Source: an uncultured Clostridia bacterium
Lineage (GTDB): Bacteria; Bacillota; Clostridia; Christensenellales; DTU072
Direction: 5' to 3'
Assembly (NCBI GenBank): GCA_944372095.1
Contig: CALVYG010000049.1
Span: 954 to 64,953, forward strand
Length of the DNA: 64,000 nucleotides
Part shown: in pieces, positions 56,981 through 64,000 of the stretch
How the letters are laid out: each line of letters starts with the position of its first letter
How positions within the stretch are numbered: position 1 is the stretch's first letter
The notes under the pieces: generated by a model
Told to the model about the DNA's origin: nothing
The model's database searches: none
Seen by the model: only the letters and a program-made list of their open reading frames with translations
Program-made: the position numbers and the translations under genes

Positions 56981-59635
56981 TTAATCATTATTATCCTTTT
57001 TATAAGTTATACTTGCTTCATCCACGAAAGGTCTGCCGCTTACCAATCTGTACTTCGAAAAATCCCTGTTTTTGATACTTGAATCATAGTATTTAATTGT
57101 AAAAGAATTTATATCCGGTAAAAATCCTGTGCCTGCGCTGAAATATTTATTTACGAATATTTCTGCATTTGCAAGTGCATATGTTTTATCTCCGCAGACG
57201 ACGGTTTTAGTTGCATTATTGACTTCTTCCTTAGTCAGCGAGTACCTGGCCTTGGCAAGAATATCGTCATCTTCGTTTTCTTTATTTTTATCGTCTGTTA
57301 CAATTACGTTTCCGCTTTCCGAATATACAGTTATATCAAGATAATAGGATGCAATATCTTTATTATCTTTATTTATATAATACGTTTTTCCCTCTTTTGC
57401 AACCGTATCGGATGTTACTTCGAACTTCGCTTCATTTTCAACGTAATTATAATAAGTCGTATTGCTTAAAGAAAAGTTCTTATTTTTCTGCGCAATCTCA
57501 ACACGATAAACGCTGATTTTTTCGGCATAAATTCTATTCGGAACATATTTTTTATTACTCTCTACGGTATCCTCCCCAATAAATATATATCCTTTTCTGT
57601 CGGGGTCATAGAAATAGTATTTTCCTGTTTCGATTATATCCCCCTCCGAATAACCGCTTAAAGTTATACGACGATAAATTTCTTCTTCGATAAGAAGATT
57701 ATCGTAAGCGTCTCTCGGAACAAGCTCTCCGTACACGGTAACAAAAGTATTGCTGTATTTTCCGTCAACCGTATAATATAATCTTGCACTCGTATAACCG
57801 TCTTCATTGACATAATTGTTTTTCGTCTGTAAAGGAATTATCTCTTCATAATCGTCTCCGTGGTATTCGGTTCTGTTTTTATGAATTCTTATATTATCTG
57901 CACTTGATGCGGAAAAAGCTGAATCACCGTAAACCTGCGCAACTATACCTCTGACAAACCCGTATGTTTCACCCTTTCCTCCGCTTATATCAAAAGCAAC
58001 GTCTGACACGGTAACGTTTGCCATAGACGAATTCCGTAAAACGCCGGCTGCGCCGCCCATTATCGAACCAAGTTCGCTGCTACCGGTGTAAGTACTGTAC
58101 ATATAAACATCTTTTACTATTATTTCATCAGCGCTTGAATTGTCATCTTCATATCCGATAAATCCGCCGAGACAAACATTTTCAAGATTAGTTCCGCCGA
58201 CTTCAACAAAAACCGTTTCCGCACGACCGTTCTTTATTTCAGATTTTCCTACTATACCGTAACCGCCGCCTATCGTCGCTTTATCGTAAATTAATCCGAT
58301 AGAACTTTCATTGTCCCAATTTCTCCAATATATACCGTTTACATAGATATTTTCAGCAACAGACGTATTTACCGTAGAAGAATAAATACCGCCTGCAATA
58401 CCCGCAGCATAGACAGAGCGAGCAATGATTTGTGTTGAAGAAGAAAGCTTATTTGTTCCCTCTCCCGCATTTGTTGCCTTATTGAATCCGTCAACGGTTA
58501 CATTATTTAATTTAGCTCCCGAAATATATCCTGCCGTTCCGCCGACATATAATTGTACAGGGAAAAATTCCTTTGAAACATTTATGGTTGTATTGATTTT
58601 ACTTACGGAATATCCGCCTTTTGTATCACCTGCAATAACAAGTTTTGCATTTTCTTTATCTCCGTAAATTCTTAATCCGCCGTCATAAAACGCACAATAG
58701 TTAGTATTATCGAAAATAAATCCGTTGCTTGTTACATCGGACAGAATCGTTGAATTTACCTTCGTTTCCTGCCCTTTTTGTGTATTGCTTTTTGCATACC
58801 CGATTATACCGCCGACATATTGATTATTATTGTTATTGTCTTTAAACTGAGCCGGTGTGCCGTAATTGTCGTAGTATGAAATCTCCCGGTCGTAAATGGT
58901 TGACACGGAAATTTTTGAATCTGTTACCACTACGGTTTCAAATTTGCTCCCTACATCATAACCGCTTATAACGCCCGCATAAGAATAATCTCCGGAAGTA
59001 TAGAAAGAAATATCCGCACCCGAAACATTCAGATTTTTTACCGTTGCCCCGAAAGTATATCCGAAAAGTCCGACGCTGCCGTAAGCCACATCCGTTTCGA
59101 ATGTTCCGTTCCCGTCATCTATCGCCACGTAGTTGGGGTCGGCGTCATCGCCTTCTAAAACATAACTCTTAACCGCGTAATTATTGTCTTCAATCTGTTC
59201 GCCTTTATCAACAGATAAAATTTCAGAGCTCTTATATACGGGTGTCCCGTCTGAAAGCCATCCGATAATTTGTTTTGCAATATATTTAGGGGTTCCGTCA
59301 TTTTCCCATCCGGTTATTTTAAGCCCGGATATTGTTTTCCCGTTTCCGTCAAAAGTTCCGCAAAAAGCCTTATTCAAAGTAAGTCCTATCGGTTTCCATT
59401 CAACGGAAGACAAATCTATATCTGCCGTAAGTTTTATTGTGTATTGCGAATATTCTTTACCCACATACTTTGCCGCCCCTAAAAGGTCTTCTGCCGTTGC
59501 AACTTCTATTGTTTTTGCTTCCTTAACGGTGTTTTCGGATTCTTCATTCTTATTATCGTTACATCCGACAAACAAAACACAGCCGAGTATTACACACAAC
59601 GCCACCCCTAGTATGGCTTTTATTTTTAATTTCAT
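56981..59635 (-). CDS. Surface lipoprotein with GLUG-motif repeats (884 aa)
   Basis: MKLKIKAILGVALCVILGCVLFVGC is a signal peptide plus lipobox Cys. FCGTFDGNGKTISGLKI is followed by repeated G-rich units (GLFGYTFGATVKNLNVSG, YAGVISGY, VGGIIGYA, VGGTAGYISGAKLNNVTV, AAGIAGGIY, LGGFIGY), as in GLUG-motif proteins. Confidence 0.75.
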   Translation of the reverse strand: MKLKIKAILGVALCVILGCVLFVGCNDNKNEESENTVKEAKTIEVATAEDLLGAAKYVGKEYSQYTIKLTADIDLSSVEWKPIGLTLNKAFCGTFDGNGKTISGLKITGWENDGTPKYIAKQIIGWLSDGTPVYKSSEILSVDKGEQIEDNNYAVKSYVLEGDDADPNYVAIDDGNGTFETDVAYGSVGLFGYTFGATVKNLNVSGADISFYTSGDYSYAGVISGYDVGSKFETVVVTDSKISVSTIYDREISYYDNYGTPAQFKDNNNNNQYVGGIIGYAKSNTQKGQETKVNSTILSDVTSNGFIFDNTNYCAFYDGGLRIYGDKENAKLVIAGDTKGGYSVSKINTTINVSKEFFPVQLYVGGTAGYISGAKLNNVTVDGFNKATNAGEGTNKLSSSTQIIARSVYAAGIAGGIYSSTVNTSVAENIYVNGIYWRNWDNESSIGLIYDKATIGGGYGIVGKSEIKNGRAETVFVEVGGTNLENVCLGGFIGYEDDNSSADEIIVKDVYMYSTYTGSSELGSIMGGAAGVLRNSSMANVTVSDVAFDISGGKGETYGFVRGIVAQVYGDSAFSASSADNIRIHKNRTEYHGDDYEEIIPLQTKNNYVNEDGYTSARLYYTVDGKYSNTFVTVYGELVPRDAYDNLLIEEEIYRRITLSGYSEGDIIETGKYYFYDPDRKGYIFIGEDTVESNKKYVPNRIYAEKISVYRVEIAQKNKNFSLSNTTYYNYVENEAKFEVTSDTVAKEGKTYYINKDNKDIASYYLDITVYSESGNVIVTDDKNKENEDDDILAKARYSLTKEEVNNATKTVVCGDKTYALANAEIFVNKYFSAGTGFLPDINSFTIKYYDSSIKNRDFSKYRLVSGRPFVDEASITYKKDNND

Positions 59636-59647
59636 TTATTCCGTCTC

Positions 59648-60553
59648 CTATGCGATGACATTATTTAAAAACGATAAAAAGTCATTATAAACCTCTTTAT
59701 TATTAGTTTCGTTCAAAATTTCGTGTCTGGCTCCTTCATAAATTTTAAGCACAGGGTCAAGACCGAGACCACGATAAAATTTATCTAATTTTACCGCCAG
59801 TTTTGAACGCGAAGAAACCGGGTCTTCGCTTCCGCAAGCAATCATTATCGGAAAATTCTTTCTGATGTTTTCGGCGTCTTTACCATACATATGCATCGCG
59901 CCGTTAAAGAAAGAGTAATAGTAATCTATACAAAGCACATATCCGCAATCCGGGTCGTCCTCATATTTTGCAACTTGTTCCTTATCTCTCGATAACCATG
60001 CAAAATCCTGTCCTTGCGAAACAAAGGGTTTATTATATTCCCCGAAACTCAATTTATTTATAAAATTACCCTTTTTATCGCCGCCGCAAAGAATCTTTTG
60101 TATCCCTGCTATCATTCTTCCTGCGCCGACAAGTGCATTTTTCATATGTGCCGTACCGCTTAAAATACATCCTGCGAGTTTGTCTGAATGCAATTCTACA
60201 AATCTTTGAGAAAGGAAACTTCCGTAGCTGTGTCCGATTAAAATTACAGGCAGATTATATGTTTCCTTCAAATAATCACATAATACATTCATGTCTTCAA
60301 GAGTCTGATTCCAACTGTCGCCATATACCATTCCGTTTTCGCCGTTTACGGCACCTCTTCTGTGACCTCTGTGGTCATCTGCGGCAACGATATAACCGTT
60401 AGTATTAAGAAAACGTGCAAAATCATCGTATCTGTCCGGATGCTCCGCCATTCCGTGAGCAATTTGCACGCATGCTTTTGCATTTTCAACTTCATCCCAA
60501 ACGTCTATTCCTATATCAGCTCCGTCAAATGCTTTTAAAAATAACTGTTTCAT
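59648..60553 (-). CDS. Alpha/beta hydrolase (lysophospholipase/monoacylglycerol-lipase-like)
   Basis: 301-aa ORF with HGMAEH, the nucleophile elbow IGHSYGSF, and GSEDPV...ARHE near the C-terminus. Confidence 0.75.
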   Translation of the reverse strand: MKQLFLKAFDGADIGIDVWDEVENAKACVQIAHGMAEHPDRYDDFARFLNTNGYIVAADDHRGHRRGAVNGENGMVYGDSWNQTLEDMNVLCDYLKETYNLPVILIGHSYGSFLSQRFVELHSDKLAGCILSGTAHMKNALVGAGRMIAGIQKILCGGDKKGNFINKLSFGEYNKPFVSQGQDFAWLSRDKEQVAKYEDDPDCGYVLCIDYYYSFFNGAMHMYGKDAENIRKNFPIMIACGSEDPVSSRSKLAVKLDKFYRGLGLDPVLKIYEGARHEILNETNNKEVYNDFLSFLNNVIA

Positions 60554-60711
60554 CCTAATTTGCTCCTCGTAATAAAATATTTATAATATTATATCATTAA
60601 GCCTAAAAAATTTCAATACCTTGATTTAATTTTCCTTAATATAAACGTGAAGTTTTTATTTTTGTATCAAAAAAACAAAAAAGCTAATAAATATGATTAT
60701 ATAAGGAAACA

Positions 60712-61725
60712 ATGAAAAGTATCGTTCTTACAGGCGGCGGCACGGCCGGACACGTTATTCCGAATCTTGCATTAATACCCGAGTTGAAAAAATTTTTTGA
60801 CAAAATTTATTATTTCGGAGGAAACGGAATTGAAAAGTATCTTGCAGAAAAAGCTAATATTCCTTTTTATGAGACAACCGTTGTAAAGTTCGACCGCAGA
60901 AAAATTTTATCAAATTTCAAAATTCCGATTTTGTTGCAAAAAGGTATATTTCAAGCAAAGAAAATACTTACAAAATTATCTCCTGACGTTATTTTTTCAA
61001 AAGGCGGCTATGCTGCCCTTCCGGTTTGTTTTGCGGCAAAGATGTTAGGCATACCTGTCATCTGCCACGAATCGGATTATAGTATGGGGCTTGCAAATAA
61101 AATTGTTTCGCTTTTCGCAAAAAAAACACTTACTTCTTTTCCCGAAACAAAAGGCGGTATATATGTAGGTAACCCGGTAAGACAGGATTTCTTCAACCAA
61201 AGCACTTCTCAGCAAAGCAATCTTCCGATGTTGGACTCGAAAAAACGCACCCTCTTAATATGTGGAGGAAGTACGGGTTCGACCGCTATAAATAAAGTTA
61301 TATATTCTGCGCTCCCGGAATTGCTGAAAAAATATAACATCATCCATATTTCAGGTAATAACGGAGACTTTTCCGTATCCGGAAGCAATTATTATCAATA
61401 CAAATATGCAGATAATTACCCGTCATTACTGAAACGGGCAGACTGTGTCGTATGCCGTGCCGGGTCAAACACTCTTACGGAAGCCGCAGCATTGGGAAAG
61501 AAATGTATTACGATTCCTTTACCGAAAGGCGTGTCTCGCGGAGACCAAATTTTGAATGCCAAAAGTTTTCAAAAAAGAGGTTATTGCAAAATTTTGTTTC
61601 AAGATAACCTTTGCGTGCAATCACTTATTGCAACGATAAACTCAATTTGGAATAATTCCACACCCGCGATGAACATATTGCAAATTAATAAAAATATCGT
61701 AAATCATATAATTTCAGCAATTTAA
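60712..61725 (+). CDS. murG: Undecaprenyldiphospho-muramoylpentapeptide beta-N-acetylglucosaminyltransferase
   Basis: 337-aa ORF with LTGGGTAGHVIPNLAL, GGSTGS and CRAGSNTLTEAAALGK motifs. Confidence 0.88.
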   Translation: MKSIVLTGGGTAGHVIPNLALIPELKKFFDKIYYFGGNGIEKYLAEKANIPFYETTVVKFDRRKILSNFKIPILLQKGIFQAKKILTKLSPDVIFSKGGYAALPVCFAAKMLGIPVICHESDYSMGLANKIVSLFAKKTLTSFPETKGGIYVGNPVRQDFFNQSTSQQSNLPMLDSKKRTLLICGGSTGSTAINKVIYSALPELLKKYNIIHISGNNGDFSVSGSNYYQYKYADNYPSLLKRADCVVCRAGSNTLTEAAALGKKCITIPLPKGVSRGDQILNAKSFQKRGYCKILFQDNLCVQSLIATINSIWNNSTPAMNILQINKNIVNHIISAI

Positions 61726-61820
61726 CTTTTGTCGTATTATAGGCGTTATTATGTTTTTTTGACATATATATCTTATCTCCTTTATTTATGATTTACAATT
61801 AAATCAGGAGGTAAGATATT

Positions 61821-63245
61821 ATGAAAAAAATAAAAAAACAAATCCCTGCCATTCTTTATTCGGGACTATTGCTTATAATTGCGGCATTGTGTATTGCTAT
61901 AGTCGATTCCGAAAACATAAATGCCGATGCCGACAACAACACCGATAATGATAATATTATTGTAGATAAAGACGACTTGGAAAATACCACAGATGAAACC
62001 GACAATCCGGATAAAAATCCGTCAGACAATCCTGACGACAATCCTGATGTCAAACCGAATCCCGACGACAATCCTGATGTCAAACCGAATCCCGACGACA
62101 ATCCTGATGAAACTATATATAATGACGTTATACCCAGACCCTCTTTGCCTGACGATATTTACAGCTATGCCCAAAAAATTTACGGCAACGGGACAATCGA
62201 ACTCTGTGACGTCTTTCAAACCTCTGTCGGTGTTTATGTTTTGGTAAAATCCGATTGTTCAAACGGTGATATAGAAGGAACAAATCCATGTATAGGCATT
62301 ATAAAAATGGACGCATACGGCAATATAGTAAAAGCTCTAAGCCTCAATTATACTCATGCAAGGAATTATATTACCGCATCCCCCACGCCGTTAGGGCTTG
62401 TAGTTGTTACTGCTCCGGAAGACTATTCCGATTATTACATTTCAATCATATCTTACGAACTTGATTCAACACCTGTTTACAGAATAAGCGCGGCAAACGG
62501 TGGAAAAATTGTCCCGACCGCGACTTCTTTCCTGTTCTTCGCAGAATATTCCGATGAATCTATGGTATACGCTTATTCAAACGAAAACTTTTCTTTCCAA
62601 AGCGTAGGAAAAGGAAAAATCACGGAAGTATTTGAATACGGTACATATTACGTAATAATATCATCAAACGAACAATCGAATTCTTACTACATTGCTAAAC
62701 TTTCGAAAAACACTTTAAGTATCATGTCGGAAACGACTTGTTCGGGAGCGGTTTCACTTGACGTTTTCCCTGTTCCTTCAGAAACGGGACAAGCTTTTAT
62801 TGTAATTGAAAACAGGAACGGCGCAGTATGGGCAAAGAAATTTTCCGATTCATCTTTTACGCAAATTACCGCTACAAAAAAAATAGGAAACTTTGAAATG
62901 CGCGGAGCTTATTACGACGGAGAAAACCTTTTAATAGTATGTAAAGGTAATCTTAACGGAATTATCGTTCTGTCACCGAACCTGGAAACGAAGTTTAACG
63001 AAAACAGCGCGGATTTTGTTCCTTCCGAAATATTGGACGGTATTTATTCTTCCGGCACTCTTTATTATCTTGCTTGCGACGCAACGGGAAAACTCGCTTT
63101 ACTCTTTGCAAGAGACAGTATCACCAATGCGGAATTTTTCGACGTCATAACCGATAATGCACGTTTTATTATAAATCTTGACGGAAGCTTTACTATATTT
63201 TACCAATCCGGTGAAAATATTGAAATTATTGGATTAAAGAAATAA
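61821..63245 (+). CDS. Membrane-anchored protein of unknown function with an Asp/Asn/Pro-rich spacer
   Basis: 474-aa ORF with a strong AGGAGG RBS. The N-terminal TM is IPAILYSGLLLIIAALCIAIV. Next comes DNNTDNDN...NPDDNPDVKPNPDDNPDVKPNPDDNPDE low complexity, then a ~370-aa beta-rich domain. Confidence 0.65.
   Translation: MKKIKKQIPAILYSGLLLIIAALCIAIVDSENINADADNNTDNDNIIVDKDDLENTTDETDNPDKNPSDNPDDNPDVKPNPDDNPDVKPNPDDNPDETIYNDVIPRPSLPDDIYSYAQKIYGNGTIELCDVFQTSVGVYVLVKSDCSNGDIEGTNPCIGIIKMDAYGNIVKALSLNYTHARNYITASPTPLGLVVVTAPEDYSDYYISIISYELDSTPVYRISAANGGKIVPTATSFLFFAEYSDESMVYAYSNENFSFQSVGKGKITEVFEYGTYYVIISSNEQSNSYYIAKLSKNTLSIMSETTCSGAVSLDVFPVPSETGQAFIVIENRNGAVWAKKFSDSSFTQITATKKIGNFEMRGAYYDGENLLIVCKGNLNGIIVLSPNLETKFNENSADFVPSEILDGIYSSGTLYYLACDATGKLALLFARDSITNAEFFDVITDNARFIINLDGSFTIFYQSGENIEIIGLKK
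62035..62109 (+). repeat. Tandem 30-bp coding repeat (2.5 perfect copies)
   Basis: GACGACAATCCTGATGTCAAACCGAATCCC occurs at 62035 and 62065, and its first 15 nt recur at 62095. The unit encodes DDNPDVKPNP. Confidence 0.9.
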
Positions 63246-63265
63246 TTTAACTTTTTACATTAAAA

Positions 63266-63297
63266 AACATCGGAAATAGTTTTTTATTTCCGATGTT
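63266..63297 (+). terminator. Intrinsic terminator after the 474-aa gene
   Basis: Hairpin AACATCGGAAATA-gttttt-TATTTCCGATGTT followed by TT, 21 nt after the stop codon. Confidence 0.7.
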
Positions 63298-63311
63298 TTA
63301 ATATATGGAAA

Positions 63312-63331
63312 AGAAACCTGTACAGGTTTCT
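63312..63331 (-). terminator. Terminator hairpin after the tRNA cluster
   Basis: The perfect 20-bp palindrome AGAAACCTGTACAGGTTTCT is followed by TTTTCC on the minus strand, 16 nt after the tRNA-Leu 3' end. Confidence 0.55.
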
Positions 63332-63347
63332 TGAAAGTGCTACAATC

Positions 63348-63434
63348 TGGTGCCGTTGACCGGGGTCGAACCGGTATGATGTTGCCACCGAGGGATTTTA
63401 AGTCCCTTGCGTCTGCCTATTCCGCCACAACGGC
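63348..63434 (-). tRNA. tRNA-Leu (anticodon TAA), class II with long variable arm, encoded CCA
   Basis: The minus strand reads GCCGTTGTGGCGGAATAGGCAGACGCAAGGGACTTAAAATCCCTCGGTGGCAACATCATACCGGTTCGACCCCGGTCAACGGCACCA. The anticodon loop is CTTAAAA and the T-loop is TTCGA. Confidence 0.9.
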
Positions 63435-63441
63435 AGATTGT

Positions 63442-63515
63442 TGGAGGCACCATCCAGATTCGGACTGGAGATGAAGGTGTTGCAGACCTCTGCCTTACCA
63501 CTTGGCTATGGTGCC
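63442..63515 (-). tRNA. tRNA-Cys (anticodon GCA), encoded CCA
   Basis: The minus strand reads GGCACCATAGCCAAGTGGTAAGGCAGAGGTCTGCAACACCTTCATCTCCAGTCCGAATCTGGATGGTGCCTCCA. The anticodon loop is CTGCAAC. The discriminator is T, as expected for tRNA-Cys. Confidence 0.9.
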
Positions 63516-63540
63516 TTACGTCCTTGCCCGATAAACGATT

Positions 63541-63615
63541 TGGAGCGGGAGACGGGATTCGGACCCGCGACATTTGCCTTGGCAAGGCAACGCTCTACCA
63601 CTGAGCCACTCCCGC
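63541..63615 (-). tRNA. tRNA-Gly (anticodon GCC), encoded CCA
   Basis: The minus strand reads GCGGGAGTGGCTCAGTGGTAGAGCGTTGCCTTGCCAAGGCAAATGTCGCGGGTCCGAATCCCGTCTCCCGCTCCA. The anticodon loop is TTGCCAA. Confidence 0.92.
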
Positions 63616-63671
63616 ATTCGCTTATCTGAATGATTCCGTCAACTTTTAGGCGTTAACGTTCTCGCTTGTAT

Positions 63672-63700
63672 ATAATATCAAATCTTTTCAATTTTTGCAA
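63672..63700 (-). promoter_or_regulatory. Putative promoter of the tRNA-Gly/Cys/Leu cluster (TTGCAA, 17 nt, TATTAT)
   Basis: TTGCAA at 63700-63695 and TATTAT at 63677-63672, about 55 nt upstream of the tRNA-Gly 5' end. Confidence 0.45.
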
Positions 63701-63729
63701 CTGTTTTTGTATTGTTTCCCAAAAAAATT

Positions 63730-64000
63730 TTAACTATGTGTTATGTTTCCCTCTGCGTCTATATATATAATTATTTCTTTCTCTTCTTTTCCCATATACC
63801 CCAAAGCTTCTTTCTCTTCAACATTATACACCATCTTTGTTTTGAGATTTTCTTTATAAAAATCCTTTCTTACCCTGTATGCTTTCGAGAGGGCAGCTTT
63901 TGTTCCTGCCGTTAAAACAGTTACAGTTTTATTTTCCGATTCGTTTTTAATGATTCCGTTTTCGGAAGCAATTTCCGTTGCTTCATCTGCGTTTATTGAA
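63730..64000 (-). CDS. 3' end of an unidentified protein-coding gene (N-terminus beyond the window end)
   Basis: The open frame translated by hand is ...SINADEATEIASENGIIKNESENKTVTVLTAGTKAALSKAYRVRKDFYKENLKTKMVYNVEEKEALGYMGKEEKEIIIYIDAEGNITHS, ending at TAA (63732-63730). I recognise no family. Confidence 0.5.
   Translation of the reverse strand, partial: SINADEATEIASENGIIKNESENKTVTVLTAGTKAALSKAYRVRKDFYKENLKTKMVYNVEEKEALGYMGKEEKEIIIYIDAEGNITHS

Noticed and set aside
63340-63629. Three small ORFs (81, 65 and 63 aa) from the track
   Set aside because: They lie entirely over the tRNA-Leu, tRNA-Cys and tRNA-Gly genes and are artefacts of GC-rich tRNA sequence.
1-64000. CRISPR arrays, prophage, transposons, integrases, toxin-antitoxin pairs and restriction-modification systems
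   Set aside because: No spaced direct-repeat array was seen. No ORF has transposase, integrase, recombinase, methyltransferase or phage structural motifs. The only nuclease-like domain is the one fused to the helicase.

Overview
Low-GC chromosomal segment of Gram-positive (Firmicutes/Clostridia-like) type. It has GGAGG ribosome-binding sites, lipobox lipoproteins, an FMN riboswitch and an L20 leader. The exact taxon cannot be determined without a search. The standard genetic code applies, since TAA, TAG and TGA all terminate genes here. There are about 40 protein genes and 3 tRNAs, and all but three genes lie on the minus strand. Housekeeping blocks are thyA-folA-icd-MBL-hemZ, ddl-murF, tsaE-tsaB-rimI, a riboflavin transporter, typA, pfp plus pfkA, proA, yebC, infC-rpmI-rplT, thrS, murG and tRNA-Gly/Cys/Leu. 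These are interleaved with very large predicted surface-protein genes. By the coordinates below, about 35 kb of the 64 kb (roughly 55%) encodes predicted secreted or anchored proteins. The most unusual region is a 24-kb locus (20519-44672) that encodes a 3096-aa protein, a 402-aa protein and a roughly 4485-aa protein. All three are built from adhesin-type beta repeats and lack sortase signals. No sortase or dedicated secretion genes were recognised anywhere in the window. Other points worth a second look:
- rplT has an in-frame TGA at an invariant glycine codon.
- infC and an alpha/beta hydrolase gene appear to use non-canonical starts.
- The MurF-like ligase has a polytopic membrane domain in place of the canonical N-terminal domain.
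- A stand-alone 1240-aa Upf1-like helicase is fused to a PD-(D/E)xK nuclease domain.

No CRISPR array, transposase, integrase or prophage gene was recognised. All family assignments come from motif recognition by eye, with no database search run.
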